This document shows positions 46,508 through 56,445 of a stretch of DNA of 64,000 nucleotides, piece by piece. Numbering within the stretch: the stretch's first letter is position 1; every line of letters begins with the position of its first letter. The notes below the pieces were generated by a model. It saw only the letters and a program-made list of their open reading frames with translations, was not told the origin of the DNA and made no database searches. The stretch is from Dehalococcoidia bacterium (lineage in GTDB: Bacteria; Chloroflexota; Dehalococcoidia; Lucifugimonadales; UBA3495). The stretch spans positions 27,365 to 91,364 of the forward strand of contig DAOUHE010000178.1 of NCBI GenBank assembly GCA_034428715.1, read 5' to 3'. Made by a program: the position numbers and the translations under genes.

Positions 46508-47506
46508 ATGAGCCAGCAACAGAATGAATTGAATATTTGCTCTCTTTTGCCCAGCGGAACCGAGATACTGTTCGCGCTCGGCCTTGGAGACCGGGTAGTG
46601 GGCGTGAGCGACCTCTGCGACTATCCCCCGGCTGCCAAGGATAAACGGATCCTGTCCCGCAGCAAGGTGGACGCGTCGGTTTTAACCAGCGAGCAGGTGG
46701 AAAACGAGATGCGTCGGCTTTTGGAGGCGGGAGAGGATCTGTACGACTTGGACCGGGATTGGCTGAGCAAGCACCCCGTCGACGTGGTGCTTACCCAGGA
46801 CCTCTGTTACTTTTGTGAAGTGGACGCGGCTCAGGTTATCGACGCGGTGAGAGGAATGCCGCGGGAACCGCGGGTGGAGGTGCTTCAGCCGAGAACACTG
46901 GCGGAGATCCTGGCCAGCATTGAGCAGGTAGGTGATGCCTGTGGCGCCGCCGAACCGGCGGGCCGGTTGGTTAAAGAGCTCAAAGATAGGATCAGTGTGG
47001 TGGTCCACGCCGTCGCGGACTTGGCCGAACGTCCAAGGGTCTTTTCCGTTGAAGGGGTAAACCCGTTGGTCATAGGAGGCCACTGGATTCCGGACCTTCT
47101 GGCGACAGCCGGCGGGAATATTGACATTTACCCACCGGGGTGTCCGGCCAAACGCATCGATTGGAAAGAAATCACCGATTACGCGCCGGAGAAACTCTTC
47201 ATTGACCTGTGTTCCTCTGATTTGGCCCGCAACGTCCAAGAAGTCCCCTGGCTGGCGGCTCAAACAGGTTGGGGACGATTACCCGCGGTGGAGACCGGCG
47301 AGGTTTATTTGATCGATCATGTGTACTTTAGCCGGCCGGGCCCCCGGGTGGTCCTGGGATTGGAGATCTTGGCCCAGTTGACCCATCCAGGGATTTTCCG
47401 CGGATCGATCCCGCCGGGTTCGGTGCTGAAATTAGACTTGAACTTGGCTGCCGGCGCCGGACCCGGCGAGATTGGCCGGTGTTTCCGCCCATATCCAGAA
47501 CCATGA
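46508..47506 (+). CDS. Periplasmic-binding-protein fold (BtuF / Fe-siderophore type) protein without an obvious signal peptide.
   Basis: ICSLLPSGTEILFALGLGDRVVGVSDLCDYP is typical of cluster-A cobalamin/iron-chelate binding proteins. The N-terminus is hydrophilic. Confidence 0.65.
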   Translation: MSQQQNELNICSLLPSGTEILFALGLGDRVVGVSDLCDYPPAAKDKRILSRSKVDASVLTSEQVENEMRRLLEAGEDLYDLDRDWLSKHPVDVVLTQDLCYFCEVDAAQVIDAVRGMPREPRVEVLQPRTLAEILASIEQVGDACGAAEPAGRLVKELKDRISVVVHAVADLAERPRVFSVEGVNPLVIGGHWIPDLLATAGGNIDIYPPGCPAKRIDWKEITDYAPEKLFIDLCSSDLARNVQEVPWLAAQTGWGRLPAVETGEVYLIDHVYFSRPGPRVVLGLEILAQLTHPGIFRGSIPPGSVLKLDLNLAAGAGPGEIGRCFRPYPEP

Positions 47507-47559
47507 CCGGCCCGGGATACCGCTACCGTGGCGCAGGGAATAATAAGTGGTTATAATGA

Positions 47560-48072
47560 TTGAAATTGCAGGGGGTAGCTTGCACTTTGGTCACGAAAGA
47601 AGAATTTAGAACGGCTATGGGGGATTTCGCCACCGGGGTCACCGTTATCACCACCAACGATGATAAGGGCCAGGCTCATGCCATGACCGCCAATTCCTTC
47701 ACCTCGGTCTGTTTGGAGCCCCCAGTGGTCTTGGTTTGTGTTGCGCACAGCACTCACACCCACCACTTCTTGGCCGAGACGGGCTGGTTTGGGGTGAATA
47801 TCCTGGGTCAGGACCAGGAAGACGTGGGCGCCTATTTCGCCAAACGCCCCGAAGACAGGAAAGGAGGGGTGGATTACAGCTTCAGCCAGGGAGAGGACGG
47901 TTTACCGGTGCTGGACGATTCCATGGTGTACATGGGCTGCCAAGTGATTGGGACCCACGTTTACGGCGACCATACCATCTACCTGGGTGAGGTGAAAGAG
48001 ATTCGCAAGTCCGGCTTGGAAACCCCTCTGTTATTCTTCAAAAGCCGCTGGTACGACCCAAGCGAAGGGTAA
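47560..48072 (+). CDS. Flavin reductase family protein (NAD(P)H:flavin oxidoreductase).
   Basis: FRTAMGDFATGVTVITTNDDKGQAHAMTANSFTSVCLEPPVVLVCV. TTG start, position uncertain. Confidence 0.85.
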   Translation: MKLQGVACTLVTKEEFRTAMGDFATGVTVITTNDDKGQAHAMTANSFTSVCLEPPVVLVCVAHSTHTHHFLAETGWFGVNILGQDQEDVGAYFAKRPEDRKGGVDYSFSQGEDGLPVLDDSMVYMGCQVIGTHVYGDHTIYLGEVKEIRKSGLETPLLFFKSRWYDPSEG

Positions 48073-48090
48073 GCCTTTACGGCTGTAACT

Positions 48091-48789
48091 TTACTTCAGG
48101 GTGGACATGAACCGTTCGATTTGGTCGTTCACGCGCTGGTATTTTTCCAACTGCACGAAATGACTGCCGCCCTCGATGATTTCCTGTTGGGCCCCTGGAA
48201 TTTTCTCCGCCAGATATTCGGTAAATTTGACCGGCGTGGCGAAATCATCGGAGCCACACATCACGTGGGTGGGCAGCCGGACCGTGTGGACCTTGTCCAT
48301 GACGTCAAACTGGTCGCATGCCCTCAGGTCGTTTAGCTCAACGACGGGGCCGATTTCGATCGTCCTGCGGACCAATACCTGAAGGATGTCATCTTCCACG
48401 TTTTTGTAATGTTCCCTGCGGGTTTCCAGCCATTCCGAATTGTCTTCCACGGCCTTTTCACATTCTTGGAGGTACTTTGGATCTACCCTCATCCTGGCGC
48501 CGGTGCCGATGAGGATAATACCCTTCAATTCGTCGGGATAGCGCAGGGCATACTGCAACGCGATAGCCCCGCCCATTGAATGGCCGCAGAGGACCACGTC
48601 TTTGTACCGGCGGGCTGTGTTGAAGCCGCGGACCCAATCCACATACCGGTCAATGCTATTGCACGCCTTGCCCGTGGGGTGTCCGGGAAGGTCAATGGCT
48701 TTCGAGTTACGGAAATGCCTTAGTTGATAGTAGAAAGAAAGGCTCGAGGCGCCTGCGCCATGGATCATAACCAACTTCATTCCATACAC
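48091..48789 (-). CDS. Alpha/beta hydrolase.
   Basis: Motifs VMIHGAGAS, CGHSMGG and a C-terminal GGSHFVQLE. Confidence 0.85.
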   Translation of the reverse strand: MYGMKLVMIHGAGASSLSFYYQLRHFRNSKAIDLPGHPTGKACNSIDRYVDWVRGFNTARRYKDVVLCGHSMGGAIALQYALRYPDELKGIILIGTGARMRVDPKYLQECEKAVEDNSEWLETRREHYKNVEDDILQVLVRRTIEIGPVVELNDLRACDQFDVMDKVHTVRLPTHVMCGSDDFATPVKFTEYLAEKIPGAQQEIIEGGSHFVQLEKYQRVNDQIERFMSTLK

Positions 48790-49061
48790 CTTCCACTATA
48801 GTCATCTATGGTCATCATTGCTTTTCGTAATAGTGATAACAGATTAAAATCAGCATACTACCTATGATCATAGTTTGTACAGAGTGTGTGGAAAACACCA
48901 CGGGGCGGTTGCGTGGGACCGCAAATGTTAGAAGCTGCATTCACGTTTTACGAGTTGGTTATTGTTAGAACAAATCGTAACGCTCTAAAAGGTGATCAAT
49001 CACACCGCAGCATCCGGCCCATGTCTTGAACCCCCAGGAATAACGCGCCTTTCAGTTGTTA

Positions 49062-51722
49062 TTAATTTGAGCCATCATCGCCTAGCGGCTCATCGGCGTC
49101 CGCCGAGTCATCTGCATCTAGCAGCTCGTCGGCTCCATCGGACTCGTCACCAGCTAACTGTTCATCGGCGACAGCCGCTTGGCCGTAACGGGTGCGATGC
49201 CCGTTGGAAGTCCCGTTGGAAGAGCCCGTGGCCGCGCCGTTGGCGCCATCACCGCTTAACCTTCGGTCGGATTCGTGGAAACAGGCGATGGCGGCGACGA
49301 AGTCGTCAGCTTCCCGCTCGCGCCACACGATCACTCCCTGGGTGTTTCTGCCGGTGACCCTCACGTCTTCCAGGGTGATTCGTTGCATTTGTGCCTTGGC
49401 GGATATTATGAAGATCTCTTGACCCTGTGTATCGGGTACTACTCGGGCCGCGGCTACCGGTCCTCCCTTCTCAGTGACACGAAACGTCCGCACACCCTGA
49501 CCTCCCCGCTTATACCTGGGATAGCTGGACACGGGAGTCGACTTGCCGTAGCCATTCTTGCTTACGATAAGGAGGTGGGTGTTGGGCGCCGCTATGCCCA
49601 TGGCCACGACCCGGTCCTCACCCACCAGCCGCATGCCTCGGACACCGCCGGCGGAACGGGAACGGGGGGTGAGGCCCGACACCGGGAACTTGATAGCCTG
49701 GCCCTGTTCCGACACCATGATGATGTCCCGGGTCTCATCGGCCTGGCCAATGCTAACCAACTCGTCTCCCTGTTCCAGGTCCATGACGATCAAGCCCGAG
49801 GGCCGTATGTTGACCAGTTGTCCCGTCTTTAGCGCCTTTACTTCTCCCATTCGGGTGGCCAGGATCAAGATGTAGTCGTCTTCCTTGGGGGTGCTGATCG
49901 CCAACATGGCCTGGATCTGCTCACCCCGGGCCAGGGGCAGCAGGCTCACCAAGGGGGCTCCCCGGGTGGTGCGAGAAGTATTGGAACTTATCTGGAACGC
50001 CCGCAGCGGATACACTCGTCCCCGGTTGCTGAAGAAAAACAGCGTCTCATGAGTATCCACCACCGCCAGGTCCATCAGGGCGTCGTCTTCGCGGGTCGCC
50101 ATGCCCAATACCCCCTTGCCGCCCCGGTGTTGGGTGCGGTAGGTGTCGATGGGCACCCGTTTGATGTAACCCCGCTGGCTGATCGTGACCACCACGTCTT
50201 CATTGGGAATGAACTGTTCATCTGTGGTGCCCTGTAACTCGGCTTCATCGATGAAGGTGCGCCGGGGATCTCCGTAATCTTTTTTGATCTTGCGGGTCTC
50301 GGTCTTAATGGCGGTCAGCACCTTTTCCGGGCTGCCCAGCAAAGCTTCCAGGTCGGCAATCGTCTTGAGCAGGTCTTCGTGTTCCTTTTCCAGCCGTTCC
50401 CGCTCCAAACCGGCCAAGCGCCTTAGCTGCATGTCCAGAATCGCCTGGGCTTGGATCTGCGTCAGGTCCAGCTGTTCCATCAGGCCGGTCCGGGCGGTTT
50501 CCACGTCGGCCGAACCGCGGATGATGGCCACCACTTCGTCCATCCGGTTCAATGCCAACAGCAGGCCCTGAACCACGTGGTCGCGGTCCTGGGCGCGTTT
50601 CAACAAGAATTCGGAACGCCGCCGGATGACCTCTTGGCGGTGTGCGATGAACAACGCCAAGCATTGTTTAAGCGACAGCACCTGGGGCTGGCCGTCCACC
50701 AAGGCCAACATGATGGTATTGAACGATGTGCGCAATGACGTGTGTCGAAATAGATTGTTAAGGACGATGTTTCCCTGGGCATCCCGCCTTAACTCAATGA
50801 CGATTCGCATTCCGTGGCGGTCCGACTCGTCTCGTATGTCCGAGATCCCTTCAATCCGCTTCTCTCTCACCATCTGGGCTATTTTTTCTACCAAGGTGGA
50901 CTTATTAACCTGGAAAGGCAGTTCCGTGATGATGATCTGTTCCCGGCCACCGCGCATCTCTTCTATCTCGGTGGCCCCTTCCATGATGATGCGCCCCCGG
51001 CCGGTCATGTAGGTGTCGATGATTCCCTGTTTTCCGCGTATCAGCCCAGCGGTGGGGAAGTCGGGCCCCAGAACAAACCGCATCAGCCGTTCGGTGGTGG
51101 AATCGGGATGGTCCACCAAGTAGCAAATTGCATCACATATTTCGCCCAGGTTGTGAGGGGGAATGTTGGTGGCCATTCCCACGGCAATCCCAGTGGCACC
51201 GTTTATCAGCATGTTGGGAAGGCGTGCCGGCAGCACCGTGGGTTCCTGCATCGAGTCGTCGAAGGTGGCGCTAAAGTCCACCGTGTTCAGGTCCAGGTCA
51301 CCTAACAACTCTTCAGCGATGGGGGCCAGCCGGGCCTCGGTGTACCGCATGGCCGCCGGCGGGTCGCCGTCAACGCTGCCGAAGTTGCCCTGGCCGGTGA
51401 CGAGAGGATAACGCAACGAAAAGGATTGAGCCATTCTGACCAGGGAGTCGTATACCGAGGATTCGCCGTGGGGGTGGTATTTGCCCAGTACCTCGCCGAC
51501 TATCCGGGCCGTCTTTCGGGAGGTGGTGTTTGCCCTTAAGCCCATCTCCTGCATGGCATAAAGTATGCGCCGCTGCACTGGTTTCAGCCCGTCTCGGACA
51601 TCGGGAAGCGCCCGGGATACGATCACGCTCATCGCGTAGGTAAGGTACGACGTCCGCATCTCCTCTTCGATGCGTATGGGCCGGCTTCCCTCTGCCGGTG
51701 GCATTGGGGCGGTGGTTACCAT
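49062..51722 (-). CDS. gyrA: DNA gyrase subunit A.
   Basis: 886-aa ORF with [21 protein letters not shown] and [20 protein letters not shown], beta-pinwheel repeats and an acidic C-terminal tail. Confidence 0.96.
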   Translation of the reverse strand: MVTTAPMPPAEGSRPIRIEEEMRTSYLTYAMSVIVSRALPDVRDGLKPVQRRILYAMQEMGLRANTTSRKTARIVGEVLGKYHPHGESSVYDSLVRMAQSFSLRYPLVTGQGNFGSVDGDPPAAMRYTEARLAPIAEELLGDLDLNTVDFSATFDDSMQEPTVLPARLPNMLINGATGIAVGMATNIPPHNLGEICDAICYLVDHPDSTTERLMRFVLGPDFPTAGLIRGKQGIIDTYMTGRGRIIMEGATEIEEMRGGREQIIITELPFQVNKSTLVEKIAQMVREKRIEGISDIRDESDRHGMRIVIELRRDAQGNIVLNNLFRHTSLRTSFNTIMLALVDGQPQVLSLKQCLALFIAHRQEVIRRRSEFLLKRAQDRDHVVQGLLLALNRMDEVVAIIRGSADVETARTGLMEQLDLTQIQAQAILDMQLRRLAGLERERLEKEHEDLLKTIADLEALLGSPEKVLTAIKTETRKIKKDYGDPRRTFIDEAELQGTTDEQFIPNEDVVVTISQRGYIKRVPIDTYRTQHRGGKGVLGMATREDDALMDLAVVDTHETLFFFSNRGRVYPLRAFQISSNTSRTTRGAPLVSLLPLARGEQIQAMLAISTPKEDDYILILATRMGEVKALKTGQLVNIRPSGLIVMDLEQGDELVSIGQADETRDIIMVSEQGQAIKFPVSGLTPRSRSAGGVRGMRLVGEDRVVAMGIAAPNTHLLIVSKNGYGKSTPVSSYPRYKRGGQGVRTFRVTEKGGPVAAARVVPDTQGQEIFIISAKAQMQRITLEDVRVTGRNTQGVIVWREREADDFVAAIACFHESDRRLSGDGANGAATGSSNGTSNGHRTRYGQAAVADEQLAGDESDGADELLDADDSADADEPLGDDGSN

Positions 51723-51949
51723 CTCTTGCTCCTCTCCTTCACGTCTATCTCTTCCACTGATCGGCGGACGGTGAAACCGTAAACGTCCCCAGACTGGCCG
51801 CCCAGGGTTTAGCCCTAGGGGTAGATGCGTCCTCTGGGTTGAACGCGTTGGTCATAAATCTTTCGGGTTTGGGAGTCTCGGTCATCCAGGGTTCTGGGTG
51901 GGTGGACTCGGTGCTTTGACGTTGGTTGCCGGAGAAACGGCCCCGAGGG

Positions 51950-52672
51950 TCAAACAAGGGCCCCAGGTTTATATATTTCCGCCCGGTCGTTAAACGCCGC
52001 AAACAGATTGGCGAAGATCCTTGGGACTTCTTTTTGCCTTTCCGGATGGCACTGAAGGCCGATGACCCAGCTATGTTCCGGGCTTTCCAGACCTTCGATG
52101 AGGCCATCTTCAACGCTATAGGCGGTGGTCATCAAACGGGGTGACCTTTGGGCCTCATAAAGACCCTGATGGTGCAGGCTGTTGACTTTGAAGAACCCGG
52201 CGAGGCCAATCACCGCGGCGGCTTTGGAACCCGGCGAAAGGTATATCTGGTGAGACAGAGGTTCTGCCGGATTATTTCCGGAATCGGCGTCCTGCTGGTT
52301 CCGGTGGCCCCGCAGGTTTTGGATCAACCCACCCCCAAAGGCCACGTTGAGTATTTGCATACCCCTACAGATGGCCAGGATGGGCATGTCATGCTTCAAG
52401 GCGTGATCAAGCAGGCGGAGGTCCAGGTCATCCAACGAACGGTTGATTTCCAAACCGGCTTGGGGGTCTGGTTCTTGACGATAAAGTGGAGGATCAACGT
52501 CAGGGCCACCGGGCAGCATCAAACCGCTCACGTCGTCCATCAGATCGCCGGTGGTTCGGTGACCATCTTTTCCCGGGGTTAGCAACCTCACGTCAGCGCC
52601 CAAAGTTTCCATTATGCCTATATAACGGCTTGCGTTTCGCTGACCGGAGGAAGGAATAACTATTACCGCCAT
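51950..52672 (-). CDS. Gamma-glutamyl-GABA hydrolase-like class I glutamine amidotransferase (peptidase C26).
   Basis: ILAICRGMQILNVAFGG (nucleophile Cys), SLHHQ and GLQCHPE. Confidence 0.82.
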   Translation of the reverse strand: MAVIVIPSSGQRNASRYIGIMETLGADVRLLTPGKDGHRTTGDLMDDVSGLMLPGGPDVDPPLYRQEPDPQAGLEINRSLDDLDLRLLDHALKHDMPILAICRGMQILNVAFGGGLIQNLRGHRNQQDADSGNNPAEPLSHQIYLSPGSKAAAVIGLAGFFKVNSLHHQGLYEAQRSPRLMTTAYSVEDGLIEGLESPEHSWVIGLQCHPERQKEVPRIFANLFAAFNDRAEIYKPGALV

Positions 52673-52930
52673 ATAGCATTACATTTTACCTGAAATCGGG
52701 GCGGAGGTACAATGTAGGTAACGACGAATCTCGGTTCTATCGAAACAGGACCTGCGCCGGATCATGAATTGCATCCTGGTTACTGTATCCAGTCGTTGGC
52801 GGTTTAGCGGATGCTGGCGCCCGGGTTGGGTGACACCGCAAATACTCTGAAATCACCTGATGGGTAACCGTACCCACTACTTTGCTTGGAACAGCGGTTT
52901 TTGTTAAGCTAGATAGGTGATTTTGCCTAT

Positions 52931-52966
52931 TTGAACCAGCGTACTGGTTTGAACCAGCGTACTGGA
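52931..52966. promoter_or_regulatory. Tandem 18-bp direct repeat, each unit containing the inverted repeat ACCAG-CGTA-CTGGT. Candidate operator.
   Basis: TTGAACCAGCGTACTGGT and TTGAACCAGCGTACTGG are directly adjacent. The array ends 14 nt before the xdhC ATG and lies downstream of a TTGGAA-18-TAGATA promoter-like pair (52886-52915). Confidence 0.5.
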
Positions 52967-52979
52967 AGGGAAGAAAGGG

Positions 52980-54116
52980 ATGAAAGAGGTAATAGAAGAA
53001 GCGGTCAAGCTCTCTAAAGAGGGCCAACCCTGCGTATTGGCCACCGTGGTCCGAACCAAGGGCTCGACGCCGCAGAAGGCCGGGGCCATGCTGCTGGTGC
53101 GCGAGGATGGAACCGGCGTCGGTACCCTTGGCGGTGGTTGTGTCGAGGGCGACATATGGTTTGCCGCCAAAGAGATACTGCGGCAACACGGAGGGCCGGA
53201 ATTCAAGGATTACTACCTCAACGAAGACATTGCCGCCAGAGACGGGCTGGTATGCGGCGGCACCATGTACTTCTACCTGGAGCCTCTGTGGGGTTCACAA
53301 GACTTCGCCGAGATCGGAAGCGAGTTGATGGCAGCATATGAGGGCGGAGACGCCGTAGGCTTGGCCACGGTGGTCAACGTGCTCGAAGGTGCCATTAACC
53401 CAGTCAAACTGGGTGCCAAGCTGCTACTGCGCTTAGACGGGTCGGTGGTGGGAACCCTGGGCGATGTCCAGTTGGATGAAAAGGCGATAGAGGTGGCCCG
53501 CCGGGTGGCCGAGGTTGGGAATACCGAGTCGTTTAACACCGATATCGGAGCCGAGATCTTCGTCGAGGGATTCACCACACCGCCAACCTTGGTGATGGTG
53601 GGTGGCGGCCACGTCGGCAAGGCGACCGCCGACCTGGCCCACTCTCTAGGGTACCGGGTATACGTCGTGGACGACCGGCCCGAGTTCTGCAACCAAGAAC
53701 GTTTCCCTAACGCCGAGCAGACCGTGGTCACTCCTTACGGCACGTGGGCCGACCATGTGACCATCAACGTCAACAGTTTCGTCGTCGTCGCTACCAGAGG
53801 ACACCGGTTCGATGATATGGCCTTGGAATCGGCCCTGGCAACCAAGGCGAGATACATTGGCCTATTGGGCAGCCGGCGCAAGACCATAATGATTTACCGC
53901 CGTCTGATTCAGCAGGGTACTCCGGTGGACCGGCTCAGGGACGTTCACGCGCCCATTGGCCTGGACATAGGCGGTCTTACGCCGGAAGAGCTGGCGGTCA
54001 GCATCATGTCGGAGATCATCATGGTGCGCCGTGGCGGCAAAGGCGGGCCCATGGGCATGGACGAGTGGTTCATTGAGCGCGCGGCAAATATCGCCGGGCG
54101 GGCGGTGGAAGTCTAG
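52980..54116 (+). CDS. xdhC: XdhC/CoxI family molybdenum-cofactor insertion chaperone.
   Basis: 378-aa ORF with LATVVRTKGSTPQKAGAMLLV, the Rossmann segment LVMVGGGHVGKA, and PIGLDIGGLTPEELAVSI. Confidence 0.85.
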   Translation: MKEVIEEAVKLSKEGQPCVLATVVRTKGSTPQKAGAMLLVREDGTGVGTLGGGCVEGDIWFAAKEILRQHGGPEFKDYYLNEDIAARDGLVCGGTMYFYLEPLWGSQDFAEIGSELMAAYEGGDAVGLATVVNVLEGAINPVKLGAKLLLRLDGSVVGTLGDVQLDEKAIEVARRVAEVGNTESFNTDIGAEIFVEGFTTPPTLVMVGGGHVGKATADLAHSLGYRVYVVDDRPEFCNQERFPNAEQTVVTPYGTWADHVTINVNSFVVVATRGHRFDDMALESALATKARYIGLLGSRRKTIMIYRRLIQQGTPVDRLRDVHAPIGLDIGGLTPEELAVSIMSEIIMVRRGGKGGPMGMDEWFIERAANIAGRAVEV

Positions 54117-54137
54117 TTTCCAAAAACATCAAACCTG

Positions 54138-54749
54138 ATGGCGTCTAAAGTGGGACCCACTATCGCGATACTCTTGGCGGCCGGAGAGTCTAGCCGCATG
54201 GGACAGTTGAAAGCCCTGCTACCGTGGCAGGGCTCAACTTTATTGGAGCACCAGGTCACGGCGTTGTTGGAAGGCGGGGCCGACCGGGTCGTGGTGGTTG
54301 TTGGGCACCGCGCAGCTGAATTGGAAGCCAGACTGAAGGGCAAGAAGGGCGTGTCCTGCGCCGTCAACCCTGACTATCTGCTGGGGAAGACCACGTCACT
54401 AAAGGCTGGCGTGCAAGCCGTTAAAGGGTTCCATCCCGGCGTCATCCTCATCTTGAACGTCGACCAGCCGCGGAGGCCCGAGACCATCAAGGACCTATTG
54501 CGGCGCCATCTAGCCGGAGAATCCCTCATTACCATCCCCACATTCAACGGGAAAGGCGGGCACCCCATCGCCATCGCGGCACAGCTTTTGCCGGACCTTG
54601 GGTCCATTGAAGAGGAAAGCCAGGGTCTAAAGGCAGTGACTCGGCGATACGAGAGATCGACAGAAAGGGTGGAACTGGGAACTCCGGAAATCCTATGGGA
54701 TTTGAACACCCCTGAGGACTACGAGAACGCAATCTCCGCCCAGACGTAG
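54138..54749 (+). CDS. mocA: MobA-like NTP transferase (molybdenum cofactor cytidylyl/guanylyl-transferase, MocA-type).
   Basis: AILLAAGESSRMGQLKALLPW and VDQPRR. Adjacent to xdhC. Confidence 0.75.
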   Translation: MASKVGPTIAILLAAGESSRMGQLKALLPWQGSTLLEHQVTALLEGGADRVVVVVGHRAAELEARLKGKKGVSCAVNPDYLLGKTTSLKAGVQAVKGFHPGVILILNVDQPRRPETIKDLLRRHLAGESLITIPTFNGKGGHPIAIAAQLLPDLGSIEEESQGLKAVTRRYERSTERVELGTPEILWDLNTPEDYENAISAQT

Positions 54750-54819
54750 GCCGCGGGATTAAACCGCCACTTGGAACTCCGGCATGGTTCTCTGGTCTTT
54801 CTTTCGGTCTATACCGCAG

Positions 54820-56133
54820 CTATGTCGAACGTTGTTCCCGGGACCCAGGGGCAGGGATCAGTAGCGATGTAATCCACCCAATGAAGAACATGGACGATGC
54901 GAAGTAAAACCCGGCGCGCCAGCCGAACCCTGTGTCAAAGGGCAGGCCGAACCCGAAGGTGTCGACGGGCAAAGACCCTACCAGCATACCCACAGCTAAA
55001 ACCGCCAGCACTCCAAAGGCCGAGTTGCTGCCCCACATCAATCCGATGAACGTTGCCTCCAATCCCCGACCTTCAGCCACGTCTATCGCCGCCGCCTGGG
55101 TCAAAGAGTTCACCGCGAAATGGAACAGCCCGAACAGCGCTACAGACAGGGTCATCCAAGCCCCGGAACCACCCAGGGCAATGCCCAATGGCAATATCAC
55201 CGAGACACCCATGATGAAGGAGATCACAGGCCTGCGCCCGATGCGATCAGAGAGCCACCCAAAGAGTGGCCCGCTGACGATACCTGGCGCGGCTAAAAGG
55301 GCTACGTGAAAGCCAAGGACGAAGGAACTCTTGTCCAGCCCACCCTCATCCAGACCCCGTGTCAGGTAGAGGGGTATGACGAACATCACACCCGTGTCGC
55401 CCATCCCTCTCACGGCTGACACGATGAAAATGGGCCACATGCCACCTGCTTCGAAAACCTCCCTCATGCTGCGCAATTGTTTGAAAAAGTTTTCGCGGAC
55501 CTGAATGTCTTCAACCTTGGGTCCGCCCACGTTTTTTAATATCACCAAAATGACGAGGGCGATAAGGATCAAAACGGGCGTTCCGCCGCCCATGATCCAG
55601 CGCCACCCAACAAAACCCATCAGGGCGCCAACCGCCAACGGACCGAGCCAATCCCCCACATTGCCCATGGAACGATGTAGCGAGATGAATAAGCCGCGTT
55701 TCTCCGGGTAGCGCCTGGCCAAGAGGCCCAGGGCCGGCGGGTGCCATAGAGCGCTGCCGGCCGATGCCAAAGCCAAAGCCGCTATGATCAGCACATAAGT
55801 CGGTGATACCGAAACTAGGAGATAGCCCACGCCGATGAGTCCCATGCTAAAGGCTAGAACCAGGCCGACCCTGTGGTGGAACATATCGACGAAAAATCCG
55901 CTTCCCATACTGGTCAGGCCGCCGCAGAGACGGCGGACGGCCATCAACAAAGCCCCTTGTATCGGAATCAGCCCCAGACTGTCATATATCGCCGGCAGGA
56001 ATACCTGGAAACTGTGGGCGTACATGTGTTCCAGGCCGTGGGCCCCGATGACGGTGGTGGCCATCACCGAGTCTTTGGTGCGCTTGGGCTCGTCAGTCAC
56101 CAGTACTTGTGAGCGCTCCGCGGCTTGTGTCAC
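54820..56133 (-). CDS. MFS transporter.
   Basis: 437-aa polytopic ORF with SDRIGRRPV loop motifs. Confidence 0.85.
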   Translation of the reverse strand: MTQAAERSQVLVTDEPKRTKDSVMATTVIGAHGLEHMYAHSFQVFLPAIYDSLGLIPIQGALLMAVRRLCGGLTSMGSGFFVDMFHHRVGLVLAFSMGLIGVGYLLVSVSPTYVLIIAALALASAGSALWHPPALGLLARRYPEKRGLFISLHRSMGNVGDWLGPLAVGALMGFVGWRWIMGGGTPVLILIALVILVILKNVGGPKVEDIQVRENFFKQLRSMREVFEAGGMWPIFIVSAVRGMGDTGVMFVIPLYLTRGLDEGGLDKSSFVLGFHVALLAAPGIVSGPLFGWLSDRIGRRPVISFIMGVSVILPLGIALGGSGAWMTLSVALFGLFHFAVNSLTQAAAIDVAEGRGLEATFIGLMWGSNSAFGVLAVLAVGMLVGSLPVDTFGFGLPFDTGFGWRAGFYFASSMFFIGWITSLLIPAPGSREQRST

Positions 56134-56445
56134 GCTACGAGACCTGCCTTCCGATATATTTCAGTAGGTGATACTTAAAGGAACAATGTATCCCTTTACA
56201 TAATGGGCGCAGTATACACCTGTAATCGTGTTGGTGAAAATAGAATCCTACGCTCAAGTACTGGAACAACAGAAGGTATGCCTTAGCATTTGGGCGAATT
56301 GCCCCGTCCAGATCCCGCGCCACCGCGTCGGAGTGATCTGCCCGTATTGCGCAATCGGTTTGGTCTGTATAATTGAACCGAGGTCAACTGCCAATTCAAT
56401 AAATCCGGTCAACGAGTTCTGAATGTCAACGACGGAGCAAGCACC

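Noticed and set aside
51723-51949. The 227-nt gyrA leader and the overlapping 122-aa ORF (51745-52113) as a possible regulatory RNA or small protein.
   Set aside because: I could not identify a conserved structure or repeats. The ORF overlaps the amidotransferase 3' end and looks like a shadow frame. Only a normal GAAGGAGAGGAG ribosome-binding site is evident.
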